From positions 1 through 64,000 of the IMG/VR virus record IMGVR_UViG_3300028800_000004: a stretch of DNA of 64,000 nucleotides. One strand, given 5' to 3'. The position numbers were made by a program, and so were the translations under genes. This DNA is from a virus. This document shows positions 31,759-38,565 of this stretch, one piece after another (positions within the stretch are counted from its first letter, which is position 1; every line of letters starts with the position of its first letter). The notes under the pieces are model-generated. The model saw only the letters and a list, made by a program, of their open reading frames with translations. It was not told the DNA's origin and made no database searches.

Positions 31759-31887
31759 TAGCAGTAGTGTTGAAACAATTCCTTCTTCCAAACCGTAGGT
31801 CATGGGTTCGAATCCCATCTATCAGGGTTTCGATAGTAGCTCAGTTGGTAGAGCAACAGTACAAGGTGTTTCGCTCGTTCTCTGCTA
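31759..31887 (+). ncRNA. Y RNA-like ncRNA 4 with tRNA-mimic module (YrlA-like)
   Basis: TAGCAG-TAGTGTT-GAAACA...TGTTTC-GCTCGTTCT-CTGCTA arms. Insert holds T arm ATGGG-TTCGAAT-CCCAT, loop-closed acceptor CTATC/GATAG, and D arm GCTC-AGTTGGTA-GAGC. Confidence 0.65.
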
Positions 31888-32013
31888 TAATCTGGTAACG
31901 GGTTTCACCGGTCGTGGCGGAGTCGTTAAAGAGAACAAAAACGGGAATGACTCTAACCGGTAAAGTGACCACGAATTTGCTTGCCGCCTAGAGCGTGATT
32001 ATGTTGCCAATTT

Positions 32014-32147
32014 TTTAGGTATAGTGTTAGATACAGTTACTTCAATGCTAATGAAGAAACGTCGGTTCGAATCCGACTCCCGGTGTGTGCCGGGATCGTC
32101 TAGGGGTTAGGACGCTAAAATATCTGTGTCGCTTGTTCTTACCTAAG
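32014..32147 (+). ncRNA. Y RNA-like ncRNA 5 with tRNA-mimic module (YrlA-like)
   Basis: TTTAGG...GATACAG / CTGTGTC...CCTAAG arms. Insert holds CTTCA-ATGCTAA-TGAAG, T arm GTCGG-TTCGAAT-CCGAC, loop-closed acceptor TCCCGGT/GCCGGGA, and D arm GTCT-AGGGGTTA-GGAC. Confidence 0.65.
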
Positions 32148-32339
32148 TTCTAAGAAATATGAGAATAACCCAGTGTTGTTTAGCATTTACGTCGGCTGTG
32201 GCGTTAGTAGTTGCCGCAATAGCGTCCAAACCACAAGGACTATCGAGTCCTTTAGAAGCATTAGGATTCTTGGTTTTGCTTGGAAACGTGGCGATACAAG
32301 TTTTTGGCGTCGTCATCGCAGTACACGAACTGGAGTAGT

Positions 32340-32699
32340 ATGGGTATAAAAGACCTACTTGAAAATGAAATGAAGGCCAGCCACGAGTTTTCTAAAAGTA
32401 ACTTTGGTGCTCAGGTGGGAGCGGCATACCCAGAGTTAGTAAAAGAAGTTTCTTCTAGCGATCCCGTATGCGCGACGTTGATGGTCGAATTGTGTATTGC
32501 TGGCATTACTGGAAAACAGGTAGCGGACAGTCTTAAGAAGCATAATGACTCAAAGGATTTACAGAAAGCTATCCTTGAGAATCTTCCCTCGTTTAACGGG
32601 CAGTTGTCCATGCTATACTGGGGTATCAACATAGGGCGTAAACTGGAAAAAGAAAGCCTCGAAGTTAACAAGCTTGAGGAAATGTTTGGAGGGAAATGA
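32340..32699 (+). CDS. hypothetical protein upstream of the Ro60 gene
   Basis: 119 aa from the ATG 8 nt after GGAG. Its stop overlaps the TROVE start. Confidence 0.55.
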   Translation: MGIKDLLENEMKASHEFSKSNFGAQVGAAYPELVKEVSSSDPVCATLMVELCIAGITGKQVADSLKKHNDSKDLQKAILENLPSFNGQLSMLYWGINIGRKLEKESLEVNKLEEMFGGK

Positions 32700-34063
32700 A
32701 AACCAATACTGCAATTAAGACCCCCGCTCCGAAGACGCACGAAGGTGCCACGGCAGCGCGTATCAATCCTGAGCAACAGCTTCGTCGTGTTGTTCTAGCA
32801 TCCATGTTGTTTGAAGACACCTTCTATTTGGACGGAGTTAGCTCTGCCCAGATCGTTGAAGACTCGGTTCAGGAAGTTCTTAAGAAAAAGAATGGCCCTC
32901 AAATCGTGTCCGATCTGGCATACGAAACCCGTACTAACGGTAAACTGCGCCATATCCCGTTGTTCTTGGCCCTGACTCTTGTTAGAGCAGGCAACAAAAA
33001 TACCAAACTCGGCGAGGAATGCCGTGCCGTGGTTGCGGAAACGCTGACCAAGATCATCCAGCGTCCGGACGAACTGGCGGAGTTTTTAGCTCTGTACTGG
33101 AAGGACAAGAAAGTTCCTTTGTCCAATCAGGTTAAGAAAGGACTCGCTGCTGCGTTCCAAAAGTTTGACAGGTACTCTCTGTCGAAGTACGCGAACCGGG
33201 AAGGCTCTATCTCTCTGCGCGACGTGTTGTTCTTGGTACACCCGCGTCCTCTGAACTCCGATCAACAGGAGTTGTGGAACGAGTTGGCCGAGAAGAAATT
33301 GGTTGCTCCGGATACTTGGGAGTCGAATCTGTCTGCTGGTGCGGATAAGAAAGAGACTTTCATTCGTCTGATCGAAGAGAAGAAGCTGGGTGCTTTGGCA
33401 CTACTCCGCAACTTGCGTAACATGCAACAGGCGGGAGTCCCGGATGATACCATCCGCAAAGCTTTGTCCGAAATGAAGACCGAACGTGTTCTTCCTTTCC
33501 GGTATATCTCTGCCGCTAACTACGCTCCGCAACTGGAGCCTGAGTTGGAACAGGCCATGTATCGTAGCCTTAAGGATCACGAGAAGCTGTCCGGCAAGAC
33601 CGTTCTGTTGGTGGACAATTCTGGAAGCATGGGTTCTCCCGTTTCCGGAAGATCGCAAATCAGCAGAGCCGATGCCGCTCAAGCACTGGCAATGTTGGTC
33701 CGTGAGATCAGCGAAACCAGCGAAGTGATTGTGTTTGGTACGACGGCTGGAAGCATTCCTCCCCGTAGAGGATTTGCTCTCCGCGATGCTGTCAGACATA
33801 GCCAACACGGAGGCGGGACTAACACGGAAGTTGCTAAGAAACTAGCAGATAAAGTTGGATACGACAGACTCATCATCTTCACCGATGAACAGTCGCATCA
33901 GGCTCTCTCTGCTCCTAAGGAAGGCTCCAAGGCTTACGTCATCAATGTGGCCGCATACCAGAACGGAGTTGGGTATGGGAAGTGGGTTCATATTGACGGG
34001 TTCTCGGAAGCTGCGGTAGACTTTATCCAGCAGTATGAGAAAGAGAAAAATGAGCTTGCTTAA
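32696..34063 (+). CDS. rsr: Ro60/Rsr-type protein (TROVE domain + vWA)
   Basis: N-terminal helical TROVE-like region (MLFEDTFY..., LRHIPLFLALTL, LRNLRNM). C-terminal vWA with LLVDNSGSM, GGGTN, IIFTDEQSH. Y-like RNA genes lie adjacent. Confidence 0.8.
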   Translation: MKTNTAIKTPAPKTHEGATAARINPEQQLRRVVLASMLFEDTFYLDGVSSAQIVEDSVQEVLKKKNGPQIVSDLAYETRTNGKLRHIPLFLALTLVRAGNKNTKLGEECRAVVAETLTKIIQRPDELAEFLALYWKDKKVPLSNQVKKGLAAAFQKFDRYSLSKYANREGSISLRDVLFLVHPRPLNSDQQELWNELAEKKLVAPDTWESNLSAGADKKETFIRLIEEKKLGALALLRNLRNMQQAGVPDDTIRKALSEMKTERVLPFRYISAANYAPQLEPELEQAMYRSLKDHEKLSGKTVLLVDNSGSMGSPVSGRSQISRADAAQALAMLVREISETSEVIVFGTTAGSIPPRRGFALRDAVRHSQHGGGTNTEVAKKLADKVGYDRLIIFTDEQSHQALSAPKEGSKAYVINVAAYQNGVGYGKWVHIDGFSEAAVDFIQQYEKEKNELA

Positions 34064-34256
34064 AATACTGGCGGGTCTCTCGTGGGTCGTAATTGGTTTT
34101 TACGTCCTACAAGGGGCCTTCTGGCTTATGACCTACCCGAGCGACTTTACTTTCTTGGGCGGTATACTCTCGGTATTCCTTTACGGCTTTGTAACCTTCA
34201 AAATGATACAATACGCAGTAAGAAAATTCTTTAAGGAGAATAATGAACCTCGTTAA
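34050..34256 (+). CDS. small two-TM membrane protein
   Basis: MSLLKILAGLSWVVIGFYVL... Precedes and overlaps the SPFH gene. Confidence 0.5.
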   Translation: MSLLKILAGLSWVVIGFYVLQGAFWLMTYPSDFTFLGGILSVFLYGFVTFKMIQYAVRKFFKENNEPR

Positions 34257-35139
34257 GTTGGCTCTGGCAGGATTCCTAATGACTTTCCTCGCCGGTTGCG
34301 GAGTAGATAGAATTGGACCCGGCCACGTCGGTATTAAGATCAACATGGCTGGCGATAACAAAGGTGTGCTGGATACACCAGTGAGTACGGGATGGGTGTT
34401 TTATAACCCCCTCGGCACCACGGTGATCGAGTACCCAACCAACATGAAGAATGTAGTGTGGACTAAAAGCCTCGATGAAGGCAACGCGAAGGACGAAAGC
34501 ATTACGTTCACCAACAAAGAGAGCATGGTGGTTAACGCCGACTTCTCTCTGAACTACTACCTACTTCCTGAGAAGGTTCCGGCCTTTTATGTGAAGTTTC
34601 TCCAGAGGGATTTGGACGATTTCAGCAACGGGTACCTTCGTACCATCGCAAGAAATTGCGTGAACGACAGTGCTGGTAAGTATGAGATCGCACAGATCAT
34701 GGGGGACAACACTGCCTTCCTGCTAGATAGTAAGGCATGTATTAACAAAACTCTCACGTCTTATGGTATCTTTGTCGATAGCTTTGGCTTGATTGGTGCT
34801 CCGCGTCCTCCTCCGGTGGTAATCGAAAACATCAACGCCAAGATTCAGGCGCAACAGATCGCTCTCCAGAAGCAGAACGAACTCCTTCAGGTTCAGGCAG
34901 ATGCCGCGAAACAGGTGGCCGCTGCTGAAGGTAAGGCTAAGTCTATGGTCACTGAGGCCAACGGAGAAGCGGAAGCTAACCGTATCAGAGCAGCTAGCAT
35001 TACCCCGGCTATCATCCAGAAGCTTTCTCTGGAGAACCAGCACGACGCTATCTGGCGTTGGGATGGACACATGCCAACCACTGTAGCCAACGGCGATAAG
35101 GGGGGACTGTTGTTCAACATCCCTACGGACAGTAAGTAA
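34243..35139 (+). CDS. SPFH/band-7 domain lipoprotein
   Basis: Lipobox FLAGC, then the GHVGIKINM... prohibitin-like core and an Ala/Gln coiled-coil tail. Confidence 0.7.
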   Translation: MNLVKLALAGFLMTFLAGCGVDRIGPGHVGIKINMAGDNKGVLDTPVSTGWVFYNPLGTTVIEYPTNMKNVVWTKSLDEGNAKDESITFTNKESMVVNADFSLNYYLLPEKVPAFYVKFLQRDLDDFSNGYLRTIARNCVNDSAGKYEIAQIMGDNTAFLLDSKACINKTLTSYGIFVDSFGLIGAPRPPPVVIENINAKIQAQQIALQKQNELLQVQADAAKQVAAAEGKAKSMVTEANGEAEANRIRAASITPAIIQKLSLENQHDAIWRWDGHMPTTVANGDKGGLLFNIPTDSK

Positions 35140-35525
35140 TGGGTATTGAAGAAGTAGTAGAAAAAACAGTAACCATGAGCTTTGAGGATTTTGGGTACTT
35201 GTCCAAGACTCAAAGATTCTGGGACGAACAAGCTGAGTGGTCCCGAGCCACGTTTGGTAGCGATACCGAGCGTGGCCCACTCGGACCTCTAAAGCATCTA
35301 GAGAAGGAAACCGAGGAAGCACGGCAGTCTTGGATTAAGCAAGACATTCCGGAAGCTAAGGTTGAGATCGCTGATTGTCTTTTCCTTACATTCGATGCGG
35401 CACGTAGAGCAGGCATGTCTTTAGACGACCTTCTAGACACAGCTTTCCGGAAACTGGAAATTAACAAACAACGCGAGTGGCAGAAACCAACGAACGACGG
35501 GCCAGTGGAGCATGTGAGGGAATGA
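35139..35525 (+). CDS. DUF550-type all-alpha NTP pyrophosphohydrolase (MazZ-like)
   Basis: W..ATFG...GPLKHLEKETEEA...EIADCLFLTFDAARRAG...KLEINKQREW matches the DUF550 pattern as I recall it. Confidence 0.6.
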   Translation: MGIEEVVEKTVTMSFEDFGYLSKTQRFWDEQAEWSRATFGSDTERGPLGPLKHLEKETEEARQSWIKQDIPEAKVEIADCLFLTFDAARRAGMSLDDLLDTAFRKLEINKQREWQKPTNDGPVEHVRE

Positions 35526-35731
35526 AAGACAGACTTCTAGAAACTTTGTGGGTACTGCCTAAGTTAGCGTTTTGCCTACTGTTGGGTGTGCCCAAGCTTT
35601 TCCTCCTACCCTTGGTTGCTTATGTGTATTGGGTAGTAACAGGGGAGCAGTCTGATGGCTGGTACTTTAAGGACGATGCCACAGGAAAGCTGATCGAGGT
35701 AACGGGAACCATCGTAATCGAGCAGGAATAA
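35522..35731 (+). CDS. small membrane protein
   Basis: 69 aa, coupled ATGA start. Hydrophobic core. Confidence 0.5.
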   Translation: MKDRLLETLWVLPKLAFCLLLGVPKLFLLPLVAYVYWVVTGEQSDGWYFKDDATGKLIEVTGTIVIEQE

Positions 35732-35733
35732 AA

Positions 35734-35904
35734 ATGAAAAAGATACTCCTTAGTTTTCTAGCAGTGGTTGCGAATGCCCTTTTAGTGGGGATATGTGCTA
35801 ACCTTCCCGCTTGTTTTGCCATCCCGTTAGTGGTAGTGTTTGTGCTCTCGGGGACAGCCACTGTCGTCATTTGTGGGTACTTTTTGTGTACCTTCATTGG
35901 ATGA
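35734..35904 (+). CDS. small membrane protein (56 aa)
   Basis: MKKILLSFLAVVANALLVGI... Below the track cutoff. Confidence 0.45.
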   Translation: MKKILLSFLAVVANALLVGICANLPACFAIPLVVVFVLSGTATVVICGYFLCTFIG

Positions 35905-35911
35905 TTTTTAA

Positions 35912-36919
35912 ATGAAAAACATATATCGCTGTGAATTCGGAAGTCATCTGTACGGTACTAATACGGAGGCTTCCGATCACGATTTTAAGTCGATCCATAT
36001 CCCATCCTCGGAGCAGATTCTACTTCAGAGGGTTCAGGATAGTACCGGCCATGTCGTGAAGAGGGAAGAAGGGGATAGAAACACCAAGGACGATACTGAT
36101 GACGAAAGTTACTCCCTTCAGAGATATTTATCTCTTCTAGCCGAAGGGCAGACCGTAGCTATCGATATGTTGTTCGTCCCTAAACCTCTGATTACAAGTG
36201 AAATATGGGAAGAAATCGTTGCGAACAAGGACAGGCTGGTCACTAAGAAGTCTTATTCCTTCGTGGGGTATTGTCGCACTCAGGCCAATAAGTATGGTAT
36301 AAAGGGTAGTAGGGTGTCAGCGGCTAAAGAGGCTATGGACTTCTTCGAGGAGGCAATTACTTTCAAAGGGCCGTTGGCTAAAGTAGGTGACTTGGGTTTG
36401 TTCCCCGCTGGAGAACACTCTCACACGGTGGTCAAGGAAACCACTCCCGGAAAGTTTGAGACGTACTTCGAGTGCTGCAATCGTATGGTAGGATATAAGA
36501 ACACTCTCAAGGAAGCGCACCATATCTTTTCCCGCATCTACGAGGAGTACGGCAAGAGAGCCAAGCTGGCCGAGTCCAACAATGGGATCGACTGGAAGGC
36601 TTTGAGTCACGCAGTAAGGGTAGGACATGAGGCTTTGGCTTTGTTATCAACTGGCGAAATTTCTTTTCCGTTGTTTAACGCACCGCATTTACTTGATATT
36701 AAAAAGGGCAGACTCCCCTACAAGGAAGTTGCTCAAGAAATAGAAGAGTTGCTGGAGGACGTGGAAGCGGCCTCTAAAACATCCCCGCTCCGGAAAGAGC
36801 CGGACTACAAGTACATCGATGGGTTGGTAAGGAGAGTTTATGGTAGAGAAGTTTTTAACGATTACTGTTTGGACAGTACTTACCACAATGGCGTATGCTC
36901 TGTTGCAGGGGAGGTTTAA
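35912..36919 (+). CDS. nucleotidyltransferase-fold protein (RlaP/DUF4037-like)
   Basis: N-terminal GSHLYGTNTEASDHDF (GS..YG...SD.D pattern of pol-beta-type NTases). Confidence 0.55.
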   Translation: MKNIYRCEFGSHLYGTNTEASDHDFKSIHIPSSEQILLQRVQDSTGHVVKREEGDRNTKDDTDDESYSLQRYLSLLAEGQTVAIDMLFVPKPLITSEIWEEIVANKDRLVTKKSYSFVGYCRTQANKYGIKGSRVSAAKEAMDFFEEAITFKGPLAKVGDLGLFPAGEHSHTVVKETTPGKFETYFECCNRMVGYKNTLKEAHHIFSRIYEEYGKRAKLAESNNGIDWKALSHAVRVGHEALALLSTGEISFPLFNAPHLLDIKKGRLPYKEVAQEIEELLEDVEAASKTSPLRKEPDYKYIDGLVRRVYGREVFNDYCLDSTYHNGVCSVAGEV

Positions 36920-37122
36920 TGTCTCTGCTTGATTTCATCCCTTGCTTTATCTTGGCAGTTGCCAGCGGATACTTCGTTGCTATAAACTGGTATGCACAAG
37001 CAGTGTTTTCCGCTTTGTGTTTTTTCCTGTTATTGGTCAACGTGGTGTTGCACTACGTCAGTCACCCCCTCCCCCGGTTTGTGATAGGGGAGTTAACCGT
37101 AACACCGGACAAAGAGGAATAA
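36919..37122 (+). CDS. small membrane protein
   Basis: GGAGGTTTA precedes the ATG. Two TM segments. Confidence 0.5.
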   Translation: MSLLDFIPCFILAVASGYFVAINWYAQAVFSALCFFLLLVNVVLHYVSHPLPRFVIGELTVTPDKEE

Positions 37123-37264
37123 TGCTACTCATAGCCTTTTTAATTTTGTTCATCATATTGGTGAATAGATGATAGACTTTATGTCGGCACATCCGTTCTT
37201 GACGGTAGTGTTAGTTATTTTAGTATCCAACTTTGTGTACGAGACGATCAAGCTTTTTAGGTAA

Positions 37265-37347
37265 GGCCGCGTGGTGAAATCGGCAGACACACTTGCCTTA
37301 GGAGCAAGCGCGAAAGCATGGGGGTTCAAGTCCCTCCGTGGCCACCA
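37265..37347 (+). tRNA. tRNA-Leu (UAG)
   Basis: Class II tRNA: CTTGC-CTTAGGA-GCAAG, long variable arm, GGGGG-TTCAAGT-CCCTC, CCA encoded. Confidence 0.85.
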
Positions 37348-37349
37348 GT

Positions 37350-37441
37350 GCGCTAGTGGCGAAGCTGGTTGAAACGCATCGGACTTAAAATCCGACACTG
37401 ATAAGTTCACAACGGGGGTTCGAACCCCTCCTAGCGTACCA
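37350..37441 (+). tRNA. tRNA-Leu (UAA)
   Basis: Class II tRNA: TCGGA-CTTAAAA-TCCGA, 18-nt variable arm, GGGGG-TTCGAAC-CCCTC, CCA encoded. Confidence 0.85.
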
Positions 37442-37443
37442 AT

Positions 37444-37632
37444 ATGACAGAAAAAACAAACAAAGAAAAATTGCAAGAAGTTAAGAGAGAGATCGAGGTC
37501 AACGGCCTTGATATTCTCAACGGGTTAAACTGTACTGATATCGACAACAAGACATTTCAAAGGCTCTTAGAAGCGTATAGGAAAGCGTCAGAGAGAGTTG
37601 AAAAGTATATCTACAAGCACTCAAAGGATTAG
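37444..37632 (+). CDS. hypothetical protein
   Basis: 62-aa helical, Lys/Glu-rich ORF. Confidence 0.5.
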   Translation: MTEKTNKEKLQEVKREIEVNGLDILNGLNCTDIDNKTFQRLLEAYRKASERVEKYIYKHSKD

Positions 37633-37633
37633 C

Positions 37634-38137
37634 ATGAAACTCTACATTGGACTCCTCGCTTTACTTCTGACCCCTACGCTGCTGGGACAGTCAGTAGAGC
37701 CTACCGCTAAGGTGATAGTTCTTTCGGCGGATGAAGCTGCTGAGGCGCGTTCCATACAGTTACAGGAAGCCGCGCTAGAGGCTCGTCGAGAGGTATTCCA
37801 TGACCAGTTGGTAAAACACTACCTGATATTCAGAACTGACGAGTGTTATACCAGTACGGGAAGACTCTATGCGGTTCATGTGCGGGACAATGGCACCGCT
37901 GTTTGCGATGGTTATTATAAACCGGGTTGGGAGAACGGCTTTAAGTTTAGCGAGGACTACAAGGCTATCGTCGCCTCCGCTCCACCACCTCCCACGGCGG
38001 AAGATTGGTACCATTTCACAACTCCCCCTAACTGTTATCCTCGCATAGTGTTGGATGCGTTTGGTAGGTGGATACAGTATGAGGCCGACGGTACGTGGCA
38101 GATGTGCGGAATTGGACATGCGTGTGAGAACAAGTAG
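37634..38137 (+). CDS. secreted protein
   Basis: Signal MKLYIGLLALLLTPTLLG. Cys-containing mature part. Confidence 0.6.
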   Translation: MKLYIGLLALLLTPTLLGQSVEPTAKVIVLSADEAAEARSIQLQEAALEARREVFHDQLVKHYLIFRTDECYTSTGRLYAVHVRDNGTAVCDGYYKPGWENGFKFSEDYKAIVASAPPPPTAEDWYHFTTPPNCYPRIVLDAFGRWIQYEADGTWQMCGIGHACENK

Positions 38138-38552
38138 TGTTGGGATAAACTTAATCAAAAACAATGAGGGGTTCCGGGGGCATGTTTACAACGATGTGGT
38201 CGGAAAACCAACGGTAGGATACGGGCATTTGGTTATCCCCGGAGAGGACTTCTCCGCAGGGCTGACCGAAGACCAAGCAACTGCTTTGCTTCTCAAGGAC
38301 ATTGCTCACGTCGAGCTATACCTTAATGCGGCTATGGGAGGGTTGTACCAGAACGAGTTCGACGCTCTTATAGACTTTGGGTTCAATCTAGGAGTCGGGG
38401 CCTTGCATCAGCTACTAACGCACGGGCTGTCTCAGATACCCACCCAGATTCTTTTGTGGGATCACGCGGGTGGTAAGGTTGTGCCGGGGCTGCTGGAAAG
38501 ACGGCAGAGAGAGCTAGCCTTGTGGGGGCAGGAGACTGAGGAGGGTGTATAA
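38118..38552 (+). CDS. GH24 phage lysozyme (endolysin)
   Basis: LIKNNEGFRGHVYNDVVGKPTVGYGH (the E-D-T catalytic context of T4/lambda-type lysozymes). Confidence 0.85.
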   Translation: MRVRTSSVGINLIKNNEGFRGHVYNDVVGKPTVGYGHLVIPGEDFSAGLTEDQATALLLKDIAHVELYLNAAMGGLYQNEFDALIDFGFNLGVGALHQLLTHGLSQIPTQILLWDHAGGKVVPGLLERRQRELALWGQETEEGV

Positions 38553-38565
38553 TGGTGGGTAAAGA

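Noticed and set aside
31530-31818. tmRNA or two-piece tmRNA (T arm-like GGGTTCGAATCCC, GGTTTCGAC-like segments)
   Set aside because: There is no alanine-type acceptor with G3-U70, no CCA, and no plausible tag reading frame ending in hydrophobic residues plus a stop. The D arm in unit 4 is a full tRNA D arm, unlike tmRNA.
31785-32113. Circularly permuted tRNA genes (3' half, linker, 5' half), as in some red algae
   Set aside because: The halves are embedded in the conserved Y-like terminal helices, and the acceptor is closed by a short loop with no discriminator-CCA logic. An adjacent Ro60 gene makes the YrlA-type tRNA mimic the simpler explanation. This remains formally testable.
31253-32147. 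Repeat-spacer pattern that could be read as a CRISPR array
   Set aside because: The repeats are composite (about 58 nt, made of a 3' arm of one unit plus a 5' arm of the next). Spacers vary from 19 to 280 nt. The arms pair across the inserts with compensatory changes, and no cas genes are present. The pattern fits tandem structured RNAs instead.
34723-35322. 199-aa minus-strand ORF, and similar long antisense ORFs (20880..21383, 59830..60360, 33401..33808, 57416..57832, 61707..62108)
   Set aside because: They lie entirely antisense to genes with strong domain signatures, lack RBSs and have low-complexity composition. They are shadow ORFs.
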